Source: an uncultured Candidatus Saccharibacteria bacterium
Lineage (GTDB): Bacteria > Patescibacteriota > Saccharimonadia > Saccharimonadales > Saccharimonadaceae
Assembly: GCA_946414465.1 (NCBI GenBank)
Contig: CAMKOP010000003.1
Span: 15,162 to 79,161, forward strand
DNA: 64,000 bases
Reading direction: 5' to 3'
The notes beneath the pieces are model-generated. The model ran no database searches and was not told the DNA's origin. It saw only the letters and a program-made list of their open reading frames with translations. Of this stretch, positions 1-9,196 are shown piece by piece. Position numbers and translations under genes: made by a program. Each line of letters starts with the position of its first letter. Within the stretch, counting starts at the first letter, position 1.

Positions 1-1
1 T

Positions 2-91
2 GGCTCAGCAGTCGACCCAACATCTGTAAATATAGCGGTCTTTGGGCAGTTAGCTTCACCTGAATATTTCGTTTGGAAGCGAACGGCATAA
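2..91 (+). other. Silent tail-fibre C-terminal cassette 0 (3' end only, truncated by window edge)
   Basis: Frame 2 reads ...GQLASPEYFVWKRTA* and shares the xxW(K/R)RTx* ending with the fibre C-terminus and cassettes A and B. No start codon or RBS. Confidence 0.5.
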
Positions 92-107
92 TAAGAAGTT
101 TTGTTAA

Positions 108-125
108 AAGACCGTGACAATGCCG
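108..125 (+). repeat. Candidate crossover site (cassette A)
   Basis: AAGACCGTgACAaTGcCG, 15/18 identical to the fibre-gene site at 823-840 (reverse complement). Confidence 0.5.
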
Positions 126-368
126 TATAAGCTTAGGTTTTCGGAGTACTATCGTTCTTTGGCAGCAATGACATTATCTTTGTATGACGAAGAAACAGGT
201 GCCTGGAAAACCGGCTCTAAGGTATCGGACAAGACCGTGCCTGTTAATAAGGCTGCCACAGAAAGTATGTCCGACAAATCAATGGCACATTACGAAGTGA
301 TTGGTAAAATAAAAGGCTCAGTCGTCCAGCCTTATATTACCGTCTATATGTGGCGAAGAACTGCATAA
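108..368 (+). other. Silent tail-fibre C-terminal cassette A
   Basis: Begins with AAGACCGTGACAATG (K-T-V-T-M, same frame as the fibre site). Ends ...QPYITVYMWRRTA*. No ATG or RBS; the ORF-track start is a GTG inside the site. Confidence 0.6.
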
Positions 369-386
369 TTCTCCCTGTTCTTGCAT

Positions 387-617
387 CAGACCGTAACATT
401 GACGGTTAAGCAAATCCCCTCGCACACCCATAATCTATTATGTGGGTATGGTGATGTTGGCAATCCGACAATGACTACCGACGCCCTAAGGTATCAGTAT
501 TGGGGTGGAAATAACAGGGGTTGGCATAACTTTTTGACGCAAAAAACTGGTGGCGGAGAGGCTCACGAGAATATGCCTCCGTATTTAACAGTTTATATGT
601 GGCGTAGGGTTAGCTAG
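387..617 (+). other. Silent tail-fibre C-terminal cassette B (tail-collar type)
   Basis: Reads QTVTLTVKQIPSHTHNL...GGGEAHENMPPYLTVYMWRRVS*, paralogous to the last ~76 aa of the fibre. No RBS. Its 3' end overlaps the fibre stop by 8 nt. Confidence 0.7.
388..404 (+). repeat. Candidate crossover site (cassette B), left arm of a perfect 17-bp inverted repeat
   Basis: AGACCGTAACATTGACG is the exact reverse complement of 823-839. Confidence 0.65.
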
Positions 618-2775
618 TGCGTCTCCACATATAACAAGTTAGATATGGCTGAAGGTTGTTGTGGGCTTTGCCACCACCTGCTGGTGCTGTTTTATTTCCC
701 CAACCACTCGTATTATTTGCACCGTTCGTAAGTAAGGTTTGCCAGTTGCTACCACCGTTTTGACCCTTAACATCGTTATTGATGTGTGCCGAAAGGTGTT
801 GATGGCTTGGAATTTGCTCAAGCGTCAATGTTACGGTCTTACTACCTCCACTCTTATTTGACGCATTAAAATCTGTATCATTCGTATCGACACCGACAGG
901 CACTTTACCAGCACCCCACGGCTGCCATGTTCCACCAAGAAATGTTTGTGGCGAAACATTATTCACGCTCATGTAGATTGAGCCTACTGGGTAAACATAA
1001 GTCAGCAAGTCGCTCTTAGAGATGAGCTTTGCTGTATTATGTGCATACACACTACCAGAGGAGATTATGTCTCCCTCGACCTCAAGTTGACCGTTATTTT
1101 GCCCTTTGTCAACTTGAGGCTTCCTACCGACCGAACATCTGCCATCTTCACCAATAAAGAACTTAGGGATGCCGACAGTAAGAACTAAGTCAATAGTAGT
1201 TGAACTAAATGCGTCAGTCGCTTTAACTTGAATATCCCATTGATAATTATTATCGAGTGTAATTGCGTAGTCTTGAATAGACCAGTTGTTTCCAGATGGC
1301 GTATTTGGTCTTGTTTGCCAATTTCCCCAGTTGGATTCTGATGATTTTTTGGTTCGAAATTGAACAGTAAGTGTATTTTTCGTTGCGTTGTTTACGATGA
1401 TTGGAGCGTAAGTACCGTGGATTTTTAAGGTCGTCTCGGATTCAAATCCATTAGTTCTTTCCGCACTAGCAACGACTGTCGGTGCAGACCATGGGTATAC
1501 CGTCACATCTTTAGAGACAGCTGTAGATAGCGATAATTCGTCTACGGCAGATACTTTTAATGCGAGCGTGCCGTTCTGGCTTGGTGCTAATAATGTTTGA
1601 GATACCGCACTAGACGATGAATAGCCGAGCGTATAAGTGCTACCACTAAATGAAATTGCGTAGTTAGAGATTGCGACATTATCATTACCTGTAGCCTTAT
1701 CACTTGTAGAGACTGTGACTACTGGAGTTGATTGCCCCTGAATTAATGCATGAGAGTCACCAGTCAAAGCAATAGCATCAGCGTTCGTGTCGGCATAATC
1801 AAAGTTACTAAAATTTGGCGAGATGTGTGTGGTTTTAGTTGTGAAGGTTGTCGAAATGACCATTGAATCACCTGCCGTAGTAGTAAGTTTGGCTTGCAAA
1901 ATCACGCTTTTATCGGTAGGTATTCCTGAAGCTGTGAATGTTCCGGATGAAGTTGTTATCGTACCCGCAGATGTCCATGCTGTATATGTCGTACCGCCAT
2001 CGGTTGAATATCTATAATTGAGTGTTCTCGCCAAAGCACCACCATCAGATTGACGAGTCCAATCAATTACTGCATTGACGGTATTATATGTTTTATATGT
2101 CTGGCTAAATAATGACAATGTCGAGAGTGGGGGACATGGTGTCGTGAATGTTCCGGCTACCGTACTGATGTTTCTTTGAGTGTTATTTGCATATGCACCA
2201 TAGTGGTAAGTAGTATTGCCAGTAATCGTAAGAGCTGTAGAACCTTGGCTTGAGCTATTATCGACAGTTAGTTCTGCCGATGTAACATTTGAAGCCTTGG
2301 CGTAGCGATAAGGGTTACCATATGTACTACTACCGAGAATTGCCGCCTCGATATAGCGACCATTCGTAGAGCCTGGAGTACCGTAAGATGATATGGAAAC
2401 ATTAAATACTGCAGAATTGTATGTTTTACTCTTAATTGAAACCGACAATCCAGTAGGATTAGAGTACCCACTTGGAATATAGCCTGTGCCAGAATAATTG
2501 ACAGTACCAGAATACCAAGGACAAGTATAGGAAACTGTCCTATTGCCAGCCGGTAATGAGCCAGTCCATAAAGTACAGTTTCCAGAAACCGTTTTCTGTC
2601 CAAGGTTTGTTCCATTAACAGTAAAATTATTGAAATAGACATAGATACTAGCACCAGGCTTAAGCTCAAAAATAACTCTAGAGCTACGACTTTCACCGGT
2701 AGAGGCGTCATCGTATTGCAATCTAGTATAGCCATATCCACCTGTATCGATTGATGCTACTGTTACCCAACTCAT
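610..2775 (-). CDS. Phage tail fibre / receptor-binding protein with tail-collar C-terminal domain
   Basis: 721 aa, Ser/Thr/Asn/Gly-rich beta-type sequence. The C-terminus ...TLEQIPSHQH...GGGKAHNNLQPYL.. matches the phage tail collar domain pattern. Confidence 0.85.
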   Translation of the reverse strand: MSWVTVASIDTGGYGYTRLQYDDASTGESRSSRVIFELKPGASIYVYFNNFTVNGTNLGQKTVSGNCTLWTGSLPAGNRTVSYTCPWYSGTVNYSGTGYIPSGYSNPTGLSVSIKSKTYNSAVFNVSISSYGTPGSTNGRYIEAAILGSSTYGNPYRYAKASNVTSAELTVDNSSSQGSTALTITGNTTYHYGAYANNTQRNISTVAGTFTTPCPPLSTLSLFSQTYKTYNTVNAVIDWTRQSDGGALARTLNYRYSTDGGTTYTAWTSAGTITTSSGTFTASGIPTDKSVILQAKLTTTAGDSMVISTTFTTKTTHISPNFSNFDYADTNADAIALTGDSHALIQGQSTPVVTVSTSDKATGNDNVAISNYAISFSGSTYTLGYSSSSAVSQTLLAPSQNGTLALKVSAVDELSLSTAVSKDVTVYPWSAPTVVASAERTNGFESETTLKIHGTYAPIIVNNATKNTLTVQFRTKKSSESNWGNWQTRPNTPSGNNWSIQDYAITLDNNYQWDIQVKATDAFSSTTIDLVLTVGIPKFFIGEDGRCSVGRKPQVDKGQNNGQLEVEGDIISSGSVYAHNTAKLISKSDLLTYVYPVGSIYMSVNNVSPQTFLGGTWQPWGAGKVPVGVDTNDTDFNASNKSGGSKTVTLTLEQIPSHQHLSAHINNDVKGQNGGSNWQTLLTNGANNTSGWGNKTAPAGGGKAHNNLQPYLTCYMWRRTS
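823..840 (-). repeat. Candidate crossover site inside the expressed tail-fibre gene
   Basis: The minus-strand sense AAGACCGTAACATTGACG encodes K-T-V-T-L-T at the start of the variable tail-collar C-terminus. Confidence 0.65.
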
Positions 2776-2777
2776 TT

Positions 2778-4733
2778 TTACTCCTTTGGTACGAACGCCC
2801 AGCCATCAGACTGTGGCACTATCTTTAGAGGTGGCATATCTATCTCGTTTTCGGCAGAAATACTTTTAGTATGAACACCATCATTGTTAATAAAGCTACT
2901 CTCGGAATTGCTATCGAATATAATTAGTCCTTGCGAGTCAAGCTTGCTGTATGCTCCATGGAGATTTGAGTTCGTAATCTTTACGCCAGTAGTATCAATA
3001 GCTACTTGTGTATTTGCAAACTCGCCATTGGCTTGAGACCAATTCGAACGATAATTGCCGACAGCTAACATCATATCTGTAATTGAGAACTCAGAATCGG
3101 ATGAGCCAAACACCTCGATTGTTAATTGCGTAGACATCGGCAATATGCCCTCGATACTGAAATCTTCCCAAGTTGACGATTCGCCATTATCTAGACTAAT
3201 CTCCCAAACTCCGTGTTCGGTACCGTCAGTAATTCTTACATAACATGTACCAGTTGCAGTCTTCTTTATGCGACAAGAAAAGGAGTAGTATATCTTCGAA
3301 CTTTCTGAAATAGAAGAGTCGTCAGCACTAACTGCTACTCTTTGAATTGCTGTCTTTCCGATTAACGATATAGCTTGTCCAGAAAGTGAGCCATAGACCG
3401 TAGCTTCAGCAGATGGTTGAACGATTAAATCACCAGCTTGCGAGAAGTTCCAATAATCTGGTAGTTGAGTATCGGAATTAATCGAGTACATGGCAGAGTT
3501 CTTGATAAGGTTATTACCGCCAGAATTTTGTACAGATGTCACGACATTATTGATTGTTTGATGAATCTCCGTATAGTTATCGTTTACTTGACCTTCGAGA
3601 GATGTCATCTCTTGGACGATAGACTGAATCTCTTGATTCTGTTTGTCGACTTTAATCTGAGTATTATAGATAGTCTTCGTTATGCCGCCAGCCAATGCGT
3701 AATCTGTCTGGGTTTCTGTCGGCGTCACACCTTTAATTGTTTCCTTAATGCCGCCATCAACAGTAAGTTTGATGTCTGTAATTATTACATCCCAAGAGTT
3801 GTTGCCATCTGTAATCGTAATCATATCGCCAATTTCATACCAACCATGACCTTCCGTATCAGCTTCAAATGGATACCATTCGAAGCCATCAACTGCATCA
3901 AGAATAGGTTGAGCAAGCAACTCCCTATCATCGTCAAGAATCTCATTATTTGCAAGCTTTAATTCGGTTAATCCGTGTAGCTCGACACTTTCGTTATCAA
4001 CTACGGCGATGTTGTCTTCTTGTGGAGTACGAGCAAGTACGACGCTGTTTACAGGACCATATTTGGGCTTAATTGAATATTTCTTGAGATTATCATATGT
4101 CAGAATCTCAGATGACTCCAATGGTGGAGCTATTACTCTTAAAGTATCCGTAATGCCATCAATTAAGATAAGTGAAGCAGTAGCTCCAGCTATCTCGGAA
4201 AGAATATCACGATAGGTAATATCATTGATTCGAGCATATAAGTCTTCAGCAATCATATAACTACCATTAGTCAGAGACCGTACGTCGTACACGAGATTGT
4301 ATTTAGCGACAATCTGTGCAACTAGGTTCTCGACGGTGGTAGGAAATGTAATATTCGAGTCATATTCCTGAGTTGCCATCTGACCGAGCTTATCGTAAGC
4401 CGAGAAGATAGTGAATCCTTTCTCGATGTCTGATTTTTGCTCATAAATCTTAAAGTTGCCGAGATAACAATCTTCCCATAAGTCTTGCACGGAGTCGGTG
4501 CAAACACTCATAGTAACACCAACGGTTTCGCCGACAAGATTATACTCGTTGCCAAGCAGCTTGAATGTCAGAGCCTTAGTTGCAGAACGAAAATAATACC
4601 CAGCCGATTCGACCGTAAATGACATGAGACTGTCGGCAGACGAATAAGATTCCTGCTCACCAACAATAGTGGCTTTAATAACCTTCACAGGCTCACCCAT
4701 GGCTTGTTTGAATGCTTGCGATACCTCAATCAT
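2778..4733 (-). CDS. Phage tail tip / Tal-like (prophage tail endopeptidase family-like) structural protein
   Basis: 651 aa, immediately upstream of the fibre. The N-terminal half resembles siphophage tail-associated proteins, and the central part is coiled-coil-like. Assignment is from recalled family patterns only. Confidence 0.65.
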   Translation of the reverse strand: MIEVSQAFKQAMGEPVKVIKATIVGEQESYSSADSLMSFTVESAGYYFRSATKALTFKLLGNEYNLVGETVGVTMSVCTDSVQDLWEDCYLGNFKIYEQKSDIEKGFTIFSAYDKLGQMATQEYDSNITFPTTVENLVAQIVAKYNLVYDVRSLTNGSYMIAEDLYARINDITYRDILSEIAGATASLILIDGITDTLRVIAPPLESSEILTYDNLKKYSIKPKYGPVNSVVLARTPQEDNIAVVDNESVELHGLTELKLANNEILDDDRELLAQPILDAVDGFEWYPFEADTEGHGWYEIGDMITITDGNNSWDVIITDIKLTVDGGIKETIKGVTPTETQTDYALAGGITKTIYNTQIKVDKQNQEIQSIVQEMTSLEGQVNDNYTEIHQTINNVVTSVQNSGGNNLIKNSAMYSINSDTQLPDYWNFSQAGDLIVQPSAEATVYGSLSGQAISLIGKTAIQRVAVSADDSSISESSKIYYSFSCRIKKTATGTCYVRITDGTEHGVWEISLDNGESSTWEDFSIEGILPMSTQLTIEVFGSSDSEFSITDMMLAVGNYRSNWSQANGEFANTQVAIDTTGVKITNSNLHGAYSKLDSQGLIIFDSNSESSFINNDGVHTKSISAENEIDMPPLKIVPQSDGWAFVPKE

Positions 4734-4742
4734 CTAAATACC

Positions 4743-5114
4743 TCACAACTTGCTTACAGGCACTAATGAGACCGTAAAGCTTTTATATAAGCCCCTGGAC
4801 TTATCTAGAAGCTCCGGTTCGTAATCTCCTGCATAATATCTAGCAGTCACCGTGTTTTTAACTTTTGGTGAGAAATATGTGACATCGAAATATGGTTGGT
4901 CAAGCAAAGCGATAATGTCGCTCACTTCGTTTTCTGTTAAAGCATCACGAAATGTAAGCTCTATCTTAGGGAAGATGCCGATAAGAGTAGCACGAACATC
5001 GCCGTTCATGTTACGGTCGGCATCCTTCCAGAGCTTGTTATAGCCTATCTTGTAGCCGGAAAGACCACGGATTGTATTGCCGTTAATCTTTAATAAGTCA
5101 CCAGAGTAAGCCAT
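4743..5114 (-). CDS. Phage tail component (Dit-like?), 123 aa
   Basis: The ATG at 5112-5114 overlaps the upstream stop (TAATG coupling). Position is between the lysin and the Tal-like gene. Start trimmed from the ORF-track 5174. Confidence 0.5.
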   Translation of the reverse strand: MAYSGDLLKINGNTIRGLSGYKIGYNKLWKDADRNMNGDVRATLIGIFPKIELTFRDALTENEVSDIIALLDQPYFDVTYFSPKVKNTVTARYYAGDYEPELLDKSRGLYKSFTVSLVPVSKL

Positions 5115-6028
5115 TATTTCCGCCTTTCGATTATGTCTCCAGCATAAAGTCCAACGCCTGATTTCGAGTGCCACCCATCATAAACTGATTGACCAGGTTT
5201 AACCTTAGTTGAATACCAAGTCTTTGCGTAGGCATCCATAACTGAACCGTATTGAACATAGCCTTCGCACATTTTCATGATTGCACCAAGGGTGTCACCA
5301 TTTACGACATTGATAACATCACATGAAGCTACCGGCTCTGGTGTCGGTTCAGGCGTTGGTTGCGGAGTGTAGTCACCAGGAACCACCCATTTATAGCCAC
5401 TAATATTCATGTTGTGAGTAGCGACCCTGAGTGGTGAATAGTTGGCATCATTTACCATCGCAGTATTCATACCAGTTGAATAGAGATACATCACGGTGTG
5501 ACCATATTGAGTATTGAATCCGCCTGAGCCGATAGCACCAGCGACAGGTTGGTCGATATACTTGAAACCATAGTTTTTTACGAGATAAGCTGCAACATCT
5601 TTACCATTTACAGGACCGTAGTCCGGATGTGCTGTCGAATATTCTCTACGACCAGTTGCGAGATATGCAGTATATTTCGAGCATTGCCAACCTTTACCAC
5701 CGTCATTATCTCCGTCCGGTAGTCGACGAGCTAAGATTTGGTCGATTGAAGTTGAGAAACCTAGACCAACTTCTTCTTGGTCATTAGCCTCAATCGTCTC
5801 TTCATCTGTTGCCGGCTCGTTATTCATCATTTCTTCAAGACGAGCATTAGCATCATTGATGAAATCTTCGGTGTACTTTTCAATTTTGGCATTATTGCCA
5901 TCAAGAGTAATACTTCCGTTTTCGGCTTTAGTACCATAGAGAATAAATGCAGTACAGAGCAATGCGACACCTAAAACAATAAAGAAAGCGATATGGTTAC
6001 TGAGCCATTTCTTAACCTTATTCATCAC
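5114..6028 (-). CDS. CHAP-domain peptidoglycan hydrolase with N-terminal TM anchor and LysM-like C-terminus
   Basis: TM segment FFIVLGVALLCTAFILYG. CHAP Cys (GKGWQCSKYTAYL) and His (YGHTVMYLY) motifs. PT-rich linker followed by NVVNGDTLGAIM. Confidence 0.8.
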   Translation of the reverse strand: MMNKVKKWLSNHIAFFIVLGVALLCTAFILYGTKAENGSITLDGNNAKIEKYTEDFINDANARLEEMMNNEPATDEETIEANDQEEVGLGFSTSIDQILARRLPDGDNDGGKGWQCSKYTAYLATGRREYSTAHPDYGPVNGKDVAAYLVKNYGFKYIDQPVAGAIGSGGFNTQYGHTVMYLYSTGMNTAMVNDANYSPLRVATHNMNISGYKWVVPGDYTPQPTPEPTPEPVASCDVINVVNGDTLGAIMKMCEGYVQYGSVMDAYAKTWYSTKVKPGQSVYDGWHSKSGVGLYAGDIIERRK

Positions 6029-6242
6029 CTGATTTCTCCTTATCTTGATTGTTCTTTTGGTTCGTTACACCTAAGAAGTAGATATTAATGCCACCAGAGA
6101 AAAGAAGAGCAGTTTGCGTGAGTTGTTTAGCGACCTCTTCGAATCCCCAAGTCGAACCGAGACCTTGTACAATGAATGCTGCAAAAGATAAAAGACCTAC
6201 GGCGATTGATAATTGTCTTGTTGTTTTCTTTTTTAGTTTCAT
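6018..6242 (-). CDS. Holin-like small membrane protein
   Basis: 74 aa with two predicted TM helices and a charged C-terminal tail, directly upstream of the lysin. Confidence 0.5.
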   Translation of the reverse strand: MKLKKKTTRQLSIAVGLLSFAAFIVQGLGSTWGFEEVAKQLTQTALLFSGGINIYFLGVTNQKNNQDKEKSGDE

Positions 6243-6265
6243 TTTGTGCCTCCTTTCAAGTTGGC

Positions 6266-6676
6266 TTATTTGCTCATTTTTGAGCGTTTAGTTCTCGAAT
6301 CAGATACAGAACAATTTCCATTTTTTGTGCAGTTATGTACTAGCTCAACATTGCAGGAATAATCTTTGAATCGAATCATGCTATCTTCGTTCTCTTCATA
6401 CCATTTGTTATACTCACGAACTTTTTTAGTGACTTCGCCGTTGCCGCCATTCTTGTGATATATTTCATACTCGTTTTGGATGTTGCCATAATTAACCGGA
6501 AACTTTCTAAAAAGCTCCCAGTTTAGCTGGTCTTCCATAATCATCTGGAGAATTGATTGCTTCGCAGCATGCTTTCGATTCTCGCTTCTTTGCTTGAAAA
6601 ATGTAATAAGAGTAACAATCGCTGGAATTCCAGTCGTTGCGATTCCTGATAGCGTGTTTAGAGTTTCTTGGTTCAT
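6266..6676 (-). CDS. Phage membrane protein, unknown function
   Basis: 136 aa with one N-terminal TM. First gene after a minus-strand terminator. Confidence 0.4.
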   Translation of the reverse strand: MNQETLNTLSGIATTGIPAIVTLITFFKQRSENRKHAAKQSILQMIMEDQLNWELFRKFPVNYGNIQNEYEIYHKNGGNGEVTKKVREYNKWYEENEDSMIRFKDYSCNVELVHNCTKNGNCSVSDSRTKRSKMSK

Positions 6677-6697
6677 TTATGATATTCCTTTGGCATC

Positions 6698-6727
6698 AAA
6701 AAACGCCTAGAACCGAGTTCTAGACGC
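6698..6727 (-). terminator. Rho-independent terminator (minus strand)
   Basis: 10-bp stem CGTCTAGAAC/GTTCTAGGCG (one G-U pair), 3-nt loop, then a T-run on the minus strand. Confidence 0.6.
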
Positions 6728-7021
6728 TATTGATATTAACTATATTATATCATAAAAAGCATAAGTTTTGTAGGCTATTTACTCAGATTGCCGCTAACTG
6801 ATAGCCTACTTATATTATACCGCATTATCGCTTAAGCTTATGTTGCTTATTTAGGCGATGCATGATGATATGTTTGCGGATTATCTCTAGTGGATAAATC
6901 ATACATTTTCTCCTGTATATCGTTATTAGCACAAAATACGCCATACCGGTAATATCGTGCAAGCATAAGTACAATTTTCAATAAATGAAGCCGGTTATGT
7001 ATTTACAAAAAATGCAAAATA

Positions 7022-7039
7022 ACGTAAAATATTTTACGT
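7022..7039. promoter_or_regulatory. 18-bp perfect palindrome upstream of the methyltransferase gene (possible operator)
   Basis: ACGTAAAATATTTTACGT, 28 nt upstream of the ATG at 7067. Confidence 0.3.
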
Positions 7040-7066
7040 ATAGCAACTAAATTAAGGAACACATTA

Positions 7067-8161
7067 ATGGCTCAAAAGTACAATGTTATTGACTTGTTTG
7101 CCGGTGTCGGAGGTCTTAGTTTTGGTTTTGCAGAAATGAAAGAATTTAACATTGTTGCTGCAAATGAAATCTTGCCTGACATTGCCAAGTCATACGAACT
7201 CAACCACCCAAATGCAAATGTACTAGCATGCGACATTGCAGACTTAACAGAAGAAAAACTAAAAGAAGCAACAAACGGTCAAAAGATTGACCTTATTGTC
7301 GGTGGACCTCCTTGCCAGTCGTATTCTACTCTCGGCAAGAGACAAATGGATGATAGGGCTAACCTTTTTACTCAATACAAGAGAATTCTCGAAATCTTAC
7401 AACCGAAAGCATTCATCTTTGAAAATGTTTCAGGTCTACTAAGTATGCAAGGTGGCAAACTTTTTCCAAAGATTAGAAGTGAATTTGAAAGTATCGGCTA
7501 CAACCTAAAATATAAACTTCTAAACGCCGTAGAATATGGCGTACCGCAAGAACGAAAGCGTATTATTTTAGTTGGCTTTAAGGGTGAAAACACATTCGAA
7601 TATCCAGAACCTACTCACGGTGAAGGTAAGGGTCTGAAACCATTTGTAACACTAGAAGATGCAATCGGAGATTTACCGGTAATTAAAAGTGGCGAAGAGA
7701 ATAATACCTACGCAAAAGAACCAGATAATGATTTCTTAAAATTCGTCAGAAGGAACGGCACAACTGTTCTCACCGAACACTCAGCACCTAAAAATAACCC
7801 TCAACTTATTGCCCTAATGGAAGCCCTAGGTGATGGTCAGGACAAAAATGACTTACCAGAAGAGTTGAGGCCAAAGAGTGGATATGGTAATACATATGCA
7901 AAGTTGTGGTGGAAGCGTCCATCTACTACAATCACCAGGAACTTCTCATGCCCTTCGTCATCAAGGTGCATCCATCCAAGAGACTCAAGAGCGTTAAGTA
8001 ATCGTGAAGGAGCAAGGCTTCAGAGTTTTCCAGACGATTACAAGTTCTATGGTTCGCAGACAAGTATTAAACTAGGTATCGGAAATGCCGTACCATGCCT
8101 ATTGTCGAGAGCATTAGCAAAACAAATGCTTAAGGCATTACAGGCTTCAGAAGATAAATAA
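7067..8161 (+). CDS. DNA (cytosine-5)-methyltransferase of an R-M system
   Basis: Motifs DLFAGVGG (I), GGPPCQSYS (IV), ENV (VI), QERKR (VIII), GNAVP (X). Confidence 0.92.
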   Translation: MAQKYNVIDLFAGVGGLSFGFAEMKEFNIVAANEILPDIAKSYELNHPNANVLACDIADLTEEKLKEATNGQKIDLIVGGPPCQSYSTLGKRQMDDRANLFTQYKRILEILQPKAFIFENVSGLLSMQGGKLFPKIRSEFESIGYNLKYKLLNAVEYGVPQERKRIILVGFKGENTFEYPEPTHGEGKGLKPFVTLEDAIGDLPVIKSGEENNTYAKEPDNDFLKFVRRNGTTVLTEHSAPKNNPQLIALMEALGDGQDKNDLPEELRPKSGYGNTYAKLWWKRPSTTITRNFSCPSSSRCIHPRDSRALSNREGARLQSFPDDYKFYGSQTSIKLGIGNAVPCLLSRALAKQMLKALQASEDK

Positions 8162-8177
8162 TACACAAAATTCAATT

Positions 8178-8202
8178 AAGTCCTCTTAGTGAGGACTTTT
8201 TT
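8178..8202 (+). terminator. Rho-independent terminator
   Basis: AAGTCCTC-ttagt-GAGGACTT followed by TTTT. Confidence 0.7.
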
Positions 8203-8248
8203 GATGAACTATTACCATAAGCTGTTATAATTGGAAGTATGACATGTT

Positions 8249-8274
8249 CACTTATTGTCTGTAGACTTATTGTC
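8249..8274 (+). promoter_or_regulatory. C-box-like operator (tandem repeat around a TGTA spacer)
   Basis: CACTTATTGTC-TGTA-GACTTATTGTC resembles the C.PvuII-family C-box layout GACTnnnAGTC-TGTA-GACTnnnAGTC. It lies ~34 nt before the C-gene ATG. Confidence 0.6.
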
Positions 8275-8307
8275 TGATTGCTGTCAAAATTGAGGATAGT
8301 AATAATT

Positions 8308-8523
8308 ATGTGTGGAATTTTACTAAAAACATTCGCAAGCAATCTAAAGAAGTATAGGCTGGAAGCTGGATTATCCCAGGAAAAACTAGCCGACTTATGT
8401 GAGCTGCACAGAACTTATATTAGCGATATTGAGCGTGGCGAAAGAAACATTTCGCTCAGCAATGTCGAAAGGCTATCGAAAGCCCTTAAAATTCCCGCTT
8501 CTAAACTATTAGAAGAGGAATAA
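8308..8523 (+). CDS. Controller (C) protein, XRE-family HTH
   Basis: 71 aa; GLSQEKLADLCELHRTYISDIERGERNISLSNVERLSKAL is a typical C-protein HTH. Start trimmed to the ATG at 8308. Confidence 0.8.
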   Translation: MCGILLKTFASNLKKYRLEAGLSQEKLADLCELHRTYISDIERGERNISLSNVERLSKALKIPASKLLEEE

Positions 8524-9192
8524 ATGGGCGCATTCGTAGGTGTATCAAAGCTATTTGGAAACAAAATAATAGAATATGCCAAAAAGGCGGGATATTCAGA
8601 AGACAATATTTTGATTCTCTCTGGAGATGAAATCGAATTAGCGAAGAAATACCCAGAGACTTACCGGAACCTTCTTTCCTGTAGACATCACGCTGACAGA
8701 AGGGCTGCTATTGATTATGGCAAAGACCTAGTTGCCTCGTGGCTATTCGAGGACTACCTTTTTGATATTCTCAAAAATCACTCCGAGACTTTTACGGTTT
8801 CTCTATCTGGCGCAGACAAAGAACGCAAAATTCTTGCGAGAGCAAGGACTTCTTCTACTAGTGACTATGAAATCATCTATAAGGATGGCACTACACGCAA
8901 AATGGAATTAATGAATGATTATTCTGGCTATTGGGCTAAAAATAATCGTCTCGACTTAAGAGATAGTAAATACAACAAGCTCAGGAACGAGAGCGCTCTC
9001 CTATTAGCTATCGCAGTAGGAGAACAGAGATTCTCCATAATCGATTTTTCAAAAGAAATCGACTCGACCTATATTGCAAATCATCCACCATACGGTTTTA
9101 AGCCGGCATATCAAATACCGATAAATAGCGAAGCGATGATTGAGTTGAAATCAGAAAAACTAATTAACGAATTATCTAAATATAAGGAGTAA
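8524..9192 (+). CDS. Hypothetical protein, candidate restriction endonuclease subunit
   Basis: 222 aa, translationally coupled to the C gene (TAAATG). No clear catalytic motif recognised. Confidence 0.4.
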   Translation: MGAFVGVSKLFGNKIIEYAKKAGYSEDNILILSGDEIELAKKYPETYRNLLSCRHHADRRAAIDYGKDLVASWLFEDYLFDILKNHSETFTVSLSGADKERKILARARTSSTSDYEIIYKDGTTRKMELMNDYSGYWAKNNRLDLRDSKYNKLRNESALLLAIAVGEQRFSIIDFSKEIDSTYIANHPPYGFKPAYQIPINSEAMIELKSEKLINELSKYKE

Positions 9193-9196
9193 AAAG

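Noticed and set aside
2268-2741. Antisense or alternative-frame ORFs nested in long genes: 639-821, 1823-2017, 2268-2741, 3465-3962, 4009-4215, 13181-13615, 17421-17801, 27929-28294, 37593-38318, 46540-46980, 50319-50581, 53347-53609, 61538-61834.
   Set aside because: Each lies entirely inside a better-supported gene with recognisable domains. All lack an RBS and have skewed, low-complexity or hydrophobic mirror compositions typical of shadow ORFs.
1-2775. Diversity-generating retroelement (DGR) as the explanation for the variable tail-fibre C-termini.
   Set aside because: There is no reverse transcriptase or template repeat in the window. Differences between cassettes involve all four bases and indels, not adenine-specific substitutions.
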